A DNA stretch of 64,000 nt, taken from contig NW_026250404.1 in the NCBI RefSeq assembly GCF_024521635.1, positions 1,674,001 through 1,738,000 on the forward strand. The letters are read 5' to 3'. This DNA is from Tricharina praecox. Lineage: Eukaryota. Shown one piece after another: positions 52,454-62,883 of this stretch (within the stretch, counting starts at the first letter, position 1; each line of letters opens with the position of its first letter). The notes beneath the pieces were generated by a model. It was not told the origin of the DNA, ran no database searches, and saw nothing but the letters and a program-made list of their open reading frames with translations. A program made the translations under genes and the position numbers.

Positions 52454-54750
52454 TCACTCCACATTCGTCGCACGTCCAAGGCAGGTATGTGAGTGACAGA
52501 TGAGGTGATTCAAGTGGTCGGTGCATTTATTCATCGCGCCGACGTTTCGCCTTGGTGGAATCCTTAGGATCATTGTGTCTGCGAGGGGCTTGACCGGCCT
52601 GATTGATACCAACACCGCGGGACGAGTCGTGGGGGACTGAGCAGCAGCAATCATTCTCCTCATATGGTTAGGATCCTGTGCAACACGGGGCCCGCGGGGG
52701 GGTTGAAAATCTTCAATCAATCTCCTCGTACGGTTGAGATCCTGTGCAGCACGGTTCTGAGCAGGCGTGTTCGGGTCTCTCCTTATCGCATGAGAGTTCT
52801 CGCGGAGCTCTGGGTTCACCACACGTGCACGAAGTGGGTTTCTGGGCCGCCTGGCGCGGGGAAGACCATCGGCGGGGAAGGCGGTGACCATAGCTCCACT
52901 ACGCACGACAAGCTGGGTTGGTTCATCCGGAGAATTCGCCTGCTCGGGGTCAAGTTTCTCAACCGGGATAGTGTCCTCTTGAGACGGACCCAGATCCTTC
53001 AGCACCTGCTGGGACTGTATCTCCTCGTCGGTCTTTCCGGTGTCCTCGTAGAGCGGAGCTTTGATTACTCGGATTCGACCCTCATCGGAGGTCCTGTCCA
53101 CGCCTTTCTAGACGAATTCGACGAAGTAGTACTGGGCGGCAAGTTAGCTTACCTCCACGGCAAATATATAACAGAGGAATCATACGCATCCTGACTCCAT
53201 GTCCTTCCATAGGGTCTTGCAACGCGATCTTTCGGGAACATTCTGGGACTCCTTCGCCTTCTCACATGCAACGCACGCGAGCGAGGCCGAGTTTGACAAT
53301 TCGATTAGCTCCCTCAAATATTTCAGTGACTTAATGGAATTGAGTCTGTCGCAACCGTCTTTGGTGATGTCATACGTGCATTGGATGCACTTGGCCCGTG
53401 AGTGGGATGCGTAGTATGCCGTAATGAACCTTCGCTCGATATCGGCATTCTTGCTAGTCATGAATGCCCTTACACGCGGAAAGCCTTCGCCGCTCGGAGG
53501 CCATTGACGTATCTTCAGCCGGGTAATTTGCAACAGCATCTTCGTCGGATCGACGTTCGTCACAATGTCACACACCAGTCCTTTACGGGAGCAGGTGATG
53601 CAGGACACAAACGTATCCTGGGCGCAACAAAGGCTGCCATCCCGACTCAGAATGTAGCAAAATCTACATTTTTCCTGCTGCTGAATCCCACGCAGCAGCG
53701 TTTGGAGGTAACCGTCCGCAGCCTTCAGCTTGGCTGCCCACTTCTTGTTGAAAGTAGCTCTCTCCTTCCTTGCGGCTTCCTCCTCCTTCGGTGTCCCCCC
53801 CATGATTGCGAGAGACATATCTTTTGGTGTGCATAGATTGGGACTAAGGTTAGAGTGTGGTGAGTTTCTATCGAGCTGCACAGCTCTTCTGGATATCGAA
53901 TCGGTGCCAAGATGCCAGTTCCAACGGATGAAGAAAGTTGGCGGAATAACCTCCAAATCGGGGCCGTGGGGAGGAGGGGGATCGCCATCGCCGAGTCGGC
54001 TTACCATCCACAGTCGAAACTTGTGCGCTTGCAAAACATGCTTCAGCAAGGAGGCTTAGTACTCGTATGCCTCCAGCATTGACTTCTCAATGGCTTCCAC
54101 ATCCGTATCGAAGAGCCGCGGTAGCTGTGGTGGTGGCGAGGTCGGAAAGATGCGGAGATCGCTGTGTCGCAGGACGTTAATGACCCCGCTGAATGCGGAT
54201 TGGTCACGCTGGAATTCTTCAAAACGTCCCTGGACGGCAGCATAGAGCTTGTCCAGTCGAGTTTCCACCTGGACGTCCTCTTTAGGCTATCAGAGTGGTG
54301 CCTTGATGCTATCCATCAACTTGTGATGATAGGCTTCGTCCCGCTTGATCCTCTTCGACGGAATGTGCTGGGCGAGTTTCCGGATTTCCTCGAGCGCCTT
54401 GAGGTTCTCACTCCACAGCTCGGCCTTCAACGTGTTTCCGAGTGCGTTCTCCCAATTAAAAAAGATCAGTTGATTTCGTGAGGTGTCTTCTTGTCGACAC
54501 GGCTCACGTAATCGTAATACCACATGGCCTCCATGTACTTGATCAGGCTTCTCTTCAGAATGTCCGAACACCTGACAGCCCATTCCGAGAGAGCCTTCGC
54601 GCAGTTCTTGGCCGTTTCGTTGGCGTCACTCTCGATGAAGTGAGCGAAAGCTGGATAGTCACGATCGGCATCCTCCTCTCCAACCAGATGGGCGGAAGAT
54701 TCGCTGGCTTAATCGATGTCCATCATGTTGTGGTCGCTGTCGCTGTGCAT
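52454..54750 (-). pseudogene. ~728-codon spliced Cys-rich gene with two Zn-cluster-like motifs and five in-frame stops
   Basis: ATG at 54750. Probable intron 54449-54507 (weak GAG acceptor) and clear intron 53132-53185. ORFs 54290-54583, 54056-54268, 53180-54049 and 52454-53101 share one frame. Stops: TAA 54709, TGA 54290, TAG 54287, TAA 54056, TAG 53108. Confidence 0.75.
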
Positions 54751-55457
54751 CGTATGTCTTTTCAACGTGTTAGATATGAGAAAAGAATGATGGCTGTTCG
54801 GGATGAAGGGTGAAGGGGGAGTGAGAAAGAGGGGGCAGACGTACAGAGTAGATATACCGGGAAGTTGTTCCGGCTATATTTACTGAGGTAGAGGGACGAG
54901 GTGATGAGAAGAAGGGATGAGGAGATCTACCGGGGAGATCCACAGAGAAGATGTACTGAGGAGGATAGACGAGGTGATGAGAAGAAGGGAGGGAGGAGGT
55001 GGGGCAGAAGAGGTTGTGCTTATAGCGGGATCCACGACGGTGAAAATACCGTGTTTGTACGCTGCAATGCGCAAACGATCCCAACCGGTCCGTGTTTGAT
55101 CGTCGAAATCTGCAGGTACGGCGTGTCACCACTCGCACAAACGCATACACACGACATCACTCGGTTGACTTGGCCCGACCATCTTTATTCGAATAGTGTT
55201 GAATTTGGTTTTATATTATGATCTACATAGATCCCACCGTCGCATGCAATTAACGAATAACTAAAAATAAAAATAAAAATGCCGAATTTGGCCGCTATGA
55301 CGACAGTAGACAGCAGCGCAGTAACGGGCCGGCATGTAGAGCTCTCTCTACCCCAGCGGAGCTGACAGGAAAGGTTGGGTTTGCGGTCGCCATCGTCTAC
55401 TCTAGCAAGATCGTATGCGACAATAAATCAATGTTTTCTCTCTCTCTTGCCCGCTAC

Positions 55458-55994
55458 AAACCAACCAAACTCGCGACGACAGTGCCGCGGTGGAAACGGA
55501 TATGCAACTGCGATGCTCTACGACGGTCGAATGCAACCCATACGCCATCAGCAAAAATGCTCGAATTAATCGTGCACGTTGGTGGATGCCTGTCACGACA
55601 CCCACACGCCGCACACACACCGCACACGCACGACATCACTCGCTTTGAACTTTTCTGCGCGAATAGCGCCAACCGTGCTCGAACAGTGTCAGACCTGACC
55701 ACCACAACCCAATAAACCAACCAAGCTCGCGGCGACAGTGCCGTGGTGGAAACGAATATGCAACTGCCACGATCTGCGAAGGTCGAATGCAACCCATATG
55801 CCATCAGCAAAAATGCTCGAATTAATCGTGCACGTCGGTGGATGCATGTCACCGCTCCCACCACACCCACACGCCGCACACGCACGACATCACTCGCTCC
55901 GAACCTCTGAACGTTTTTACCCGAATAACGACAAACTTGCTCGAATAGCGCCAAACTCGACCACCATAAACTAAGCAACCGATTAAGCTCGCGG
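55458..55994. repeat. ~256-bp tandem repeat (two full copies, start of a third, plus a fragment at ~55147-55200)
   Basis: AAACCAACCAA(A/G)CTCGCG at 55458 and 55714, degenerate at ~55973. Shared core GAATGCAACCCATA.GCCATCAGCAAAAATGCTCGAATTAATCGTGCACGT.GGTGGATGC. CACGACATCACTCG occurs three times. Confidence 0.9.
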
Positions 55995-56694
55995 AGAGTC
56001 GGAGAGTCGGTGAAACTGCGGTGAACACGGAAGTGAAACTGCCATGATTAAAGATGATAAAAATAAAAATAAAAAACAGAGCCACGATAAAAATGTAGCG
56101 ATAGAGACTTCAATTTACACCATCGAGCTACCAGAACGCCGTCTCGACCCCCAGCATTTCGATGCTCCATGCTCCTTCTCATCGACTCAACTCTCGGTCG
56201 GCTTTAAACTGTGATCTCCGCAAACTCTGATCGTTGAAGTATGTACCGGTATGATACACAGTGCCCGTGAGGAGAAGTCGGAGCAGTTCAATCCAAAAAG
56301 CGGCAGGTTCTGCATCGCGGTCACATACACCCCCCGTCCTCCTCATCATCGTCATACGGTCATTGGGGGTTTAAAGGGTTTTTTGTTTTTCGTATATCAA
56401 AAACAGTCAAAAAAGAAAGACACACACACACACACAAACAGGACAAGACGATGACAAACAAACGAAACCATGGGGCAGCCGTGAACCAAAAAAACAATTT
56501 AAATCCTCCTGAAACATTCGATTCCAATGATACTCGTAGCATCAAATAAAAAAAAACAAATAAAAAAACGATACAGACAGGACGAGTAGAGTAGACGTCA
56601 GGCTGTATCGATTAGTAAAAAAACAAACACACTAAGCCGGAGACAAGTCGCAGTGCCGAACACACACCTCGAGGGCGACAGGGAAAAAGCGACT

Positions 56695-57579
56695 TTACCA
56701 GCCACGACCCCCTCCACCACCTCGACCGCCTCCACCCCCTCCGCCGGGACGATCACCAAGCGAGAACGTCGAAATGTCGTGAGAGAACGCGCAGTCGGTA
56801 CCGAACCGACAGGAGCCCCTGTCACGCATCGAGTTACAGGCGCCACGACCGCGACCGCCACGACCGCGACCGCCACGACCGCCACCGCCACCGCCGCCAC
56901 GGTCGCCGCCTCCATACCCGCCACGGTCGCCTCCATACCCGCCGCGGTCGCCTCCCCCTCCATATCCACCCCCGCCACCTCCCTGCGTCGGGAATTCATC
57001 AGGGGCGGTCAAGCTTGTCTCGTATATCTCGCCGGCCACAAAGTCCTTATTGGGCCAGGGATCATAGGTCGGATCGCAATCGAGATATCCGTTGGGAGCA
57101 AACATCCACTCGGGCAGGGGGTGGTGGCCGTCCTCCATGACCCAGTCCGGGACGATATAGGTAGGAGCGGGAGGGGAGGACCATCCGTACTTTTCGATTT
57201 CTTGCATCATCATGAGCATTTCGGATCTCATAACTTTACGGAATGCTGCCTCGTCGAGTTGGTCGAGCCCCATCTGAGGCTCGCCGGCCGGTGGTCCGGT
57301 TGAGCCGGTAGCGGGTACCGACGATGAAGTTGATTGTTTAGCGGCCTGTGCCGAGGCTGGCGCCATTGACTTGGGAGGAGGTCCTCGCTGGCCCTGGGGC
57401 GGCGGGGGACCACCAGTTGTAACCCGAGTTTGCTGCTGCGGCGGCGATTTAATAGATGATGCTCCGGTCTGTGCCGGCGGCGGTTTGCCGGCCGGCGGGG
57501 CAGCTGATGGCGGCTTCATCCCCGGAGGAGCTAAGGTGTCCCCCGCACCGGGAGCAGCAGACTTCCTTTTGCGAGGCAT
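56695..57579 (-). CDS. Intronless Pro-rich / RGG-rich protein with a CCCH zinc finger (putative RNA-binding protein)
   Basis: MPRKRK basic N-terminus, Pro-rich region, W/D/P-rich middle, GGYGGDRGG/RGG repeats and CNSMRDRGSCRFGTDCAFSH (C-x8-C-x5-C-x3-H). Confidence 0.75.
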   Translation of the reverse strand: MPRKRKSAAPGAGDTLAPPGMKPPSAAPPAGKPPPAQTGASSIKSPPQQQTRVTTGGPPPPQGQRGPPPKSMAPASAQAAKQSTSSSVPATGSTGPPAGEPQMGLDQLDEAAFRKVMRSEMLMMMQEIEKYGWSSPPAPTYIVPDWVMEDGHHPLPEWMFAPNGYLDCDPTYDPWPNKDFVAGEIYETSLTAPDEFPTQGGGGGGYGGGGDRGGYGGDRGGYGGGDRGGGGGGGRGGRGRGGRGRGACNSMRDRGSCRFGTDCAFSHDISTFSLGDRPGGGGGGGRGGGGGRGW

Positions 57580-59588
57580 TGCGTTCAAATATCGGCTCTT
57601 TTCTCCAACTAACGGGTTGTGGGGTGCGGATTCGGTGGATCTGAAGACGCGTAACGAGGTGAGGTATGGGGATGCTCAAATGATGCTTAAAGAACAGTAG
57701 GTACTCGAAGAACAGTGATCTAGGTTTGGGTGAAAATTTTGAGTGCAGATATAAGTGAAGATTGGACAGAGGATCGAGTGGAGATGGAGATGGAGTGGGA
57801 GGATCGAGTAGAGGGGTGAGTGGAGGTTTGAGTATGGGTTCTAGATGTAGGTGTAGGCGTAGGTTGAGTGTAGGTTTGGTGAGGTGGGTAGGTACCTAAA
57901 GTAGCTAGAGCGCAGTGCGGGGCGAGGCCCGGTTTGACGGGTCGGTTTGGCGAGGTAGCTTGAGACGAGCGGGGGATGGGTACAATGACAATGATGATGA
58001 TGTCCGCGGGAGCTTGCAACCGTTACACGAGAGCGAACAGGAAGAACCGGCGAAGACTCGAAGACTCGAAGACTATTAAAGGCTCGGAGACTCCAAGACT
58101 CAAAGACCCAAAAAAGTACACTTCCGCAATGTGCACTTCCTGATGCTCCTTTGTTGGTTGCGACATGCGTCCGAGTCTGATGCGTCTCAAAGGTTGGGAA
58201 GGCCACGTTGGTAGGTAGGAGTAGGAGTCAGAGTGAGTATGTGGAGTATCGCCACCAGATCCGGCAGAGAATGTATGGTATGTAGATGGGTACTCGACAG
58301 GCACTTTGGACTCCGTCCAGGCAGAAACCTCCCTTCCCCGCGCGTGCGATTGCAATGGAGGAATATGTGGACCAGGCAGTGAGTGGGAACTGCACTCACC
58401 AACTCAATCACTGCCTGATCGAGGATCCACAGGGTGCGCTCGTTCGTTCGTCTTCCACGCCAACCGACCAGTTAAGGCGCGCTGTGGCGTAGGGTGGCTT
58501 TCAGATGGTCGGCCCTCCAAGCAATTCAGAGCGTACCGTAGCGTAGATGGTAGATATCGTTCGCGGTCTGGATAGATAGATGGTAAGGAACACGGGCTGA
58601 GCGGTGCTGGACTCTGGAGACGACGAACGGCACACGGATTGGCCGGCTGCAGATACCGGACGTGATGGAGCAGGAGAAGAGGGGCTGCTCGAGCCCAGGG
58701 TTAGGGCTTGAGTCCCGTCGTGTCGGTGTTGGGATGCATCTGTCTGTTGCTGGTGGGCCTGAACTTTGAAATTGTGCGATAAGTTTGACTAGCCCATATA
58801 CATAGGTGAGTAAGTGGGTAGTGAAGTAGGTGAGTGGGTACTTGGGTACGGTACCAAGTACTTTACCCAGGTAACCATTGTTGCACCGGCCTCCGGGAGG
58901 AGGGGTTTTTTCTTTCTTTTCTGCACCCATCCCCCACAAGTCCACAGCGCCATAGTTATCTCGACGCATTGCGTGAGCCGGATAACAGGTATGTATGCAA
59001 GTATGTATAGTATCATACATATATACCAATAAGATTGCATGATCCGCCGATACCGCAAGCCCGATCGCAGGTTGGTGTGGATTGTCAGCCACGAATTAGG
59101 CATGTCGGACTCCCCCACCCGGCATGCAGCCCGACGGGGACCGCTCACTGTGCTGCCGGACAGGATGCTAGCAAATCTCTGACTGCGTGGCTCGCACAGA
59201 CTTGCGAACAGGTACCGGTGTCGCGGACTGCGCAGTGCAAACCCGTACCCATCCACCTTGAAATTGCTGCATTTCCATCCATCCATCCATCCAGTATGTA
59301 TAATACTGTATAATACGGCGATCCGCGGAGGTTCATAACTCTTTCGTCCGTGACGGGGACGGACATGGGATACCGAACTATCGAGGCCGGTCCTATGAAG
59401 TTTCGTCCCGACAAGCAGCAACACATCTCCTAAACTCCTACATACCGGTATTCTGATTCGTCGCCCCAAACTTCACCTTTTTGGCGTGCGTCTCAACAGT
59501 TGGCTGGCCGATAACTGGCGGTAGTTAGCGACCCCCCGCCCAACGCATAGTGAGAATTTTATGCTGATGCAAACGACCCCCCACCAGA

Positions 59589-59633
<45 letters not shown>
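59589..59633. repeat. (GCAA)n microsatellite
   Basis: About 11 GCAA units. Confidence 0.95.
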
Positions 59634-59634
<1 letters not shown>

Positions 59635-61896
59635 TCATTGAAGTTTGAACCTGCACAGCCGTTGGGGCCTCGACGCCTCGTCACAAATTCTGTCGGCGAA
59701 GGGCAGAGCAACGTAGGTACATATTTATGTACACAGGTAGGTACGGTACCATGTACTTACCTACTCCCCATACCGGTATGCACATACACACACACACATA
59801 GCCATCTTTCCCCGTCGCGGAGCATAATCCTTAGTCCCCCAGTGATGAATGTCCGAAGCCCCACCCGCCCCAGTCCCGGGGCCCCCTAGCTCACATGAAT
59901 GTCGACGATATGATCGCCACGCCGTACCCGGTATGTAGCAGTCAGGTAGGTAAGTACGATTCTCCGTCCGGTGACACCCGCGCTGGTACATCCGATCACC
60001 GGTGCGCGCCGCTCATCTTACTGGCGTCCGCTTGTGTGCCGGGGAAACGGTGGGGCGGGTGGGGGGCGGGGGGGGCGGGGGGGCGGGGGGGAAGGAATTG
60101 TCGAATATCAAGTGACCCGAGTGACTTCATATGCAAGACGACGACGATGATGACGATGATGAATATTTCCGCACTCGGTCCGGTCTGAGGTCATGGGCGT
60201 AACGCGTTCCCCCAACTTCCCAGGGCAAACGCACGATGCGACTGCCTACTTATACTATAGGACCAACCCTGGTCCCGGACATCTGTCTTACTCTGACTCC
60301 CTACACACATACATACACACATACACTCCAAGACGAGACGAGGCTGTCGTGCCCTCCCTCCCTCCCTCCCATCAGGTGCCAGGCTCCCTCAGATTGCCGA
60401 ATATCTATTAGCAGGCCGGGATCATGAAGTGATCTGGCAGCTCTCGACGCTCGTTTTGGGGAAACACACAACCTCCGCACACGCTCCAACACGGTGGATC
60501 TGCGAGGCGCGGGGTGAGGATGGGGCGTGACTACGTACTCTACCTGGTTTCTTGTGGATCCAGGAGAAAAGAGGCAAGACATGCATGGGGGGTGTGATGC
60601 TGGACTGATGTATAGTAAAAAGTCACTACATATGTAGTTCGTAGCGTAGATGCCGAGAGTGCCTATATTACTATTACTAGTATACCTATAGTACCGCTAG
60701 ATACCTAATAACTACTGAGAGTGCCTGTGCCGCTAACTAACAAAGTACATTGAGTAGCTAACCAACACACGATCCAAACAAAGGGCCACGGTTTGATTGC
60801 CGCTTCGATCTTTTCCTCTTCGTGCGGGGACGCGGTGGTGGCCACGATAACGATTGTTTTTCTTGGGGATTGCTATGTACCTATATGCGTGAGGACATAT
60901 GTACCTTTCCTCGAGGATATGATCCTGGGGGATCTGTCCAAGGAAGACGTACCGGTACTATATAGCTACATCGGAACCGGAGGTACGACTCGTGGGTTGC
61001 ATGTGGGTAAGTAGAGGAAGTACCATAGGTAAGCAACTACTTTACTTGGTCTATGTCATCTTCGCTGAGGAGCCTGCTGTTTGACTCCAGTGGTCATGTA
61101 GACTACTAGTTAGTGCTTAGTTAGCATTCTGTGGGACGCAAACACGTAGGTAGCCGAACAACTATTCTGCAGCCTTAAACAAGGGATTACTACTAGTATA
61201 TAGTAGTTAGTACCGAACATAGCTCGTGCTTCCTGCGACTGACTGCAGGCGGGATGTGACCGGACGCCTACCTACCTACTTAACTGCCTGAAACCCGACT
61301 TCTGTTTGCTTGCGCCGTTGGTTCGCCAGCCGATTCCGAGGAACCCATATCTAGTCCGGTGAAAGTGCGGACGGTAGTGGTCCTGCCTGCTTGCAGCTGG
61401 GCAGCTTCAAGACGCCGCGTCCGGCGAGGCGCGTTGATTGTGGTGGTGGTGGTGGTGGTGGTAGTAGTCGTGGTGGTGGAGTAATAATAGGGCGGACACA
61501 TTACCGTCCCTCCCTCGCTCGCATGATGTGATGTTCGTCCGCCCTGTTTCCTCGCCGCTGGCTCGCTCGCGAGCGGATAGGTAGCTCGTTGGCTGGGAAA
61601 GTCTTTCTGGCGCGCGCGCCGGAAAAGAATGCGGACCCAACGAGAGCTTGCGTGGTAGGGCCCCGCCGCAGGAGTGTTATAGATACCACTTGGGGCCATC
61701 TCCAGTCCCTCGAGTTTTTTTTGAGCAGCAATCACTTTGTGTCCGTTCTCTCTTTCCCCCCGTGCAGTGCCTTCTTCGCTCTGCCTTTTAGCTGGTAGGT
61801 TCAAAAATATCATCCCCCACCCCTGTCGCCCCCAACAGGTAGGGTCGGTGTCACGTTCGTTCCCCAGCCACTAATAACAACGGCTTGCAGTGCATC

Positions 61897-62883
61897 ATGT
61901 CTTCGTATTCAAATTCAATGTTCTCTACCGGCTTCAGGGAACGCCCACAGAAACGAAACACTTACCGACTCAATGCCAATAACATCGACTTCGACTTCCT
62001 GCGGAAGAACATCACCAGCTATCTCGGGGGCGGTGCCTCGGTGCATCCCGCCGTCAGGATCATGAACGTCAGTCGCCCGTCCTCCAAGCCATCCTCTCTT
62101 GCAACACAATGCTAACCCCAGACACAGGGCGAGGAGTACTACCTATATGACGCCGCACGGCCATTGATTCCTGTAATTCACTCCGTCGCTCCAAATCCCC
62201 TCCTAATGCTTACGAATTCCCAGAGCCAAGTCCGAGACATCGAAGTCGACTCGGCCGAGCACCTAGAGCGCTCATCAGCCTCTGCGCGCTCTCACCACCG
62301 CCGCGTTGGCTCGGGGGGCTCACGCGGTCGTCGATGGCGCCGCCGCCGGAGAGACTCGCCACCTCCTATCATCGTGAGTACTTACCACCCCCTCCCCCGC
62401 TCACAGCGAGGCTGGCCTGGTTGCTAACTTCCAGGTCAGCAGCTGGACGTCAATATATTCATGAATGGGCACAGCATACCGACGGCCACCATCAACCGCA
62501 GCATGTCGTCGACGCCCGTGGAGCATCACCGCGGCTGCCAAAGCGCAGCAGCAGCGGCGGCGGCGGTGTGTCCGCCGAACCAGCAGCGGCAGCAACACCA
62601 GCCACCCCGAGCAATAACATCAACACCACAGCAGCCACCATCCCCACCGACACCCGCACCCGCCCCACAGCATTATGAACACACCGACCGCCAGCGCCAG
62701 CAGCTAGCGGCAATGTTCACGCCGGCGATCACCCCGCCCCCCGTCGAGTTCTACCAGCCGAAGCCGTCGCTGCGGTTCCGGACTCCGTCCGTCAGCTCGT
62801 TGAGCGCCGTCAGTGCGTGCTCTTCGCCGAAAACATTTACTTCTTCTAGTGGCGCCGCGGGCGATGCGCCGATAGCTCTTTAG
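61897..62883 (+). CDS. Small spliced protein with a divergent RfeG-like N-terminal domain (~269 aa)
   Basis: Exons 61897-62067, 62128-62172, 62224-62373 and 62440-62883; 5'UTR intron 61839-61890. IDFDFLRKNITSYLG..ASVHP...YYLYDAARPL..SQVRDIEVDS parallels the RfeG-family pattern as I recall it (IDREVITADICRYLG.DALVRP...YFITAYRNL..MIADLKADS). The tail is Q/P/S-rich. Confidence 0.65.

Noticed and set aside
52454..54750. Alternative genetic code (TAA/TAG read as Gln) in the island
   Set aside because: An in-frame TGA is also present, and neighbouring island ORFs end at TAA. Mutation explains the stops more simply.
55458..55994. CRISPR-like array
   Set aside because: Eukaryotic context; units are ~256 bp whole-unit duplications without unique spacers; no cas genes.
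62300..62340. Frameshift in the RfeG-like gene
   Set aside because: The acceptor at 62439 restores the frame, so no indel is needed.
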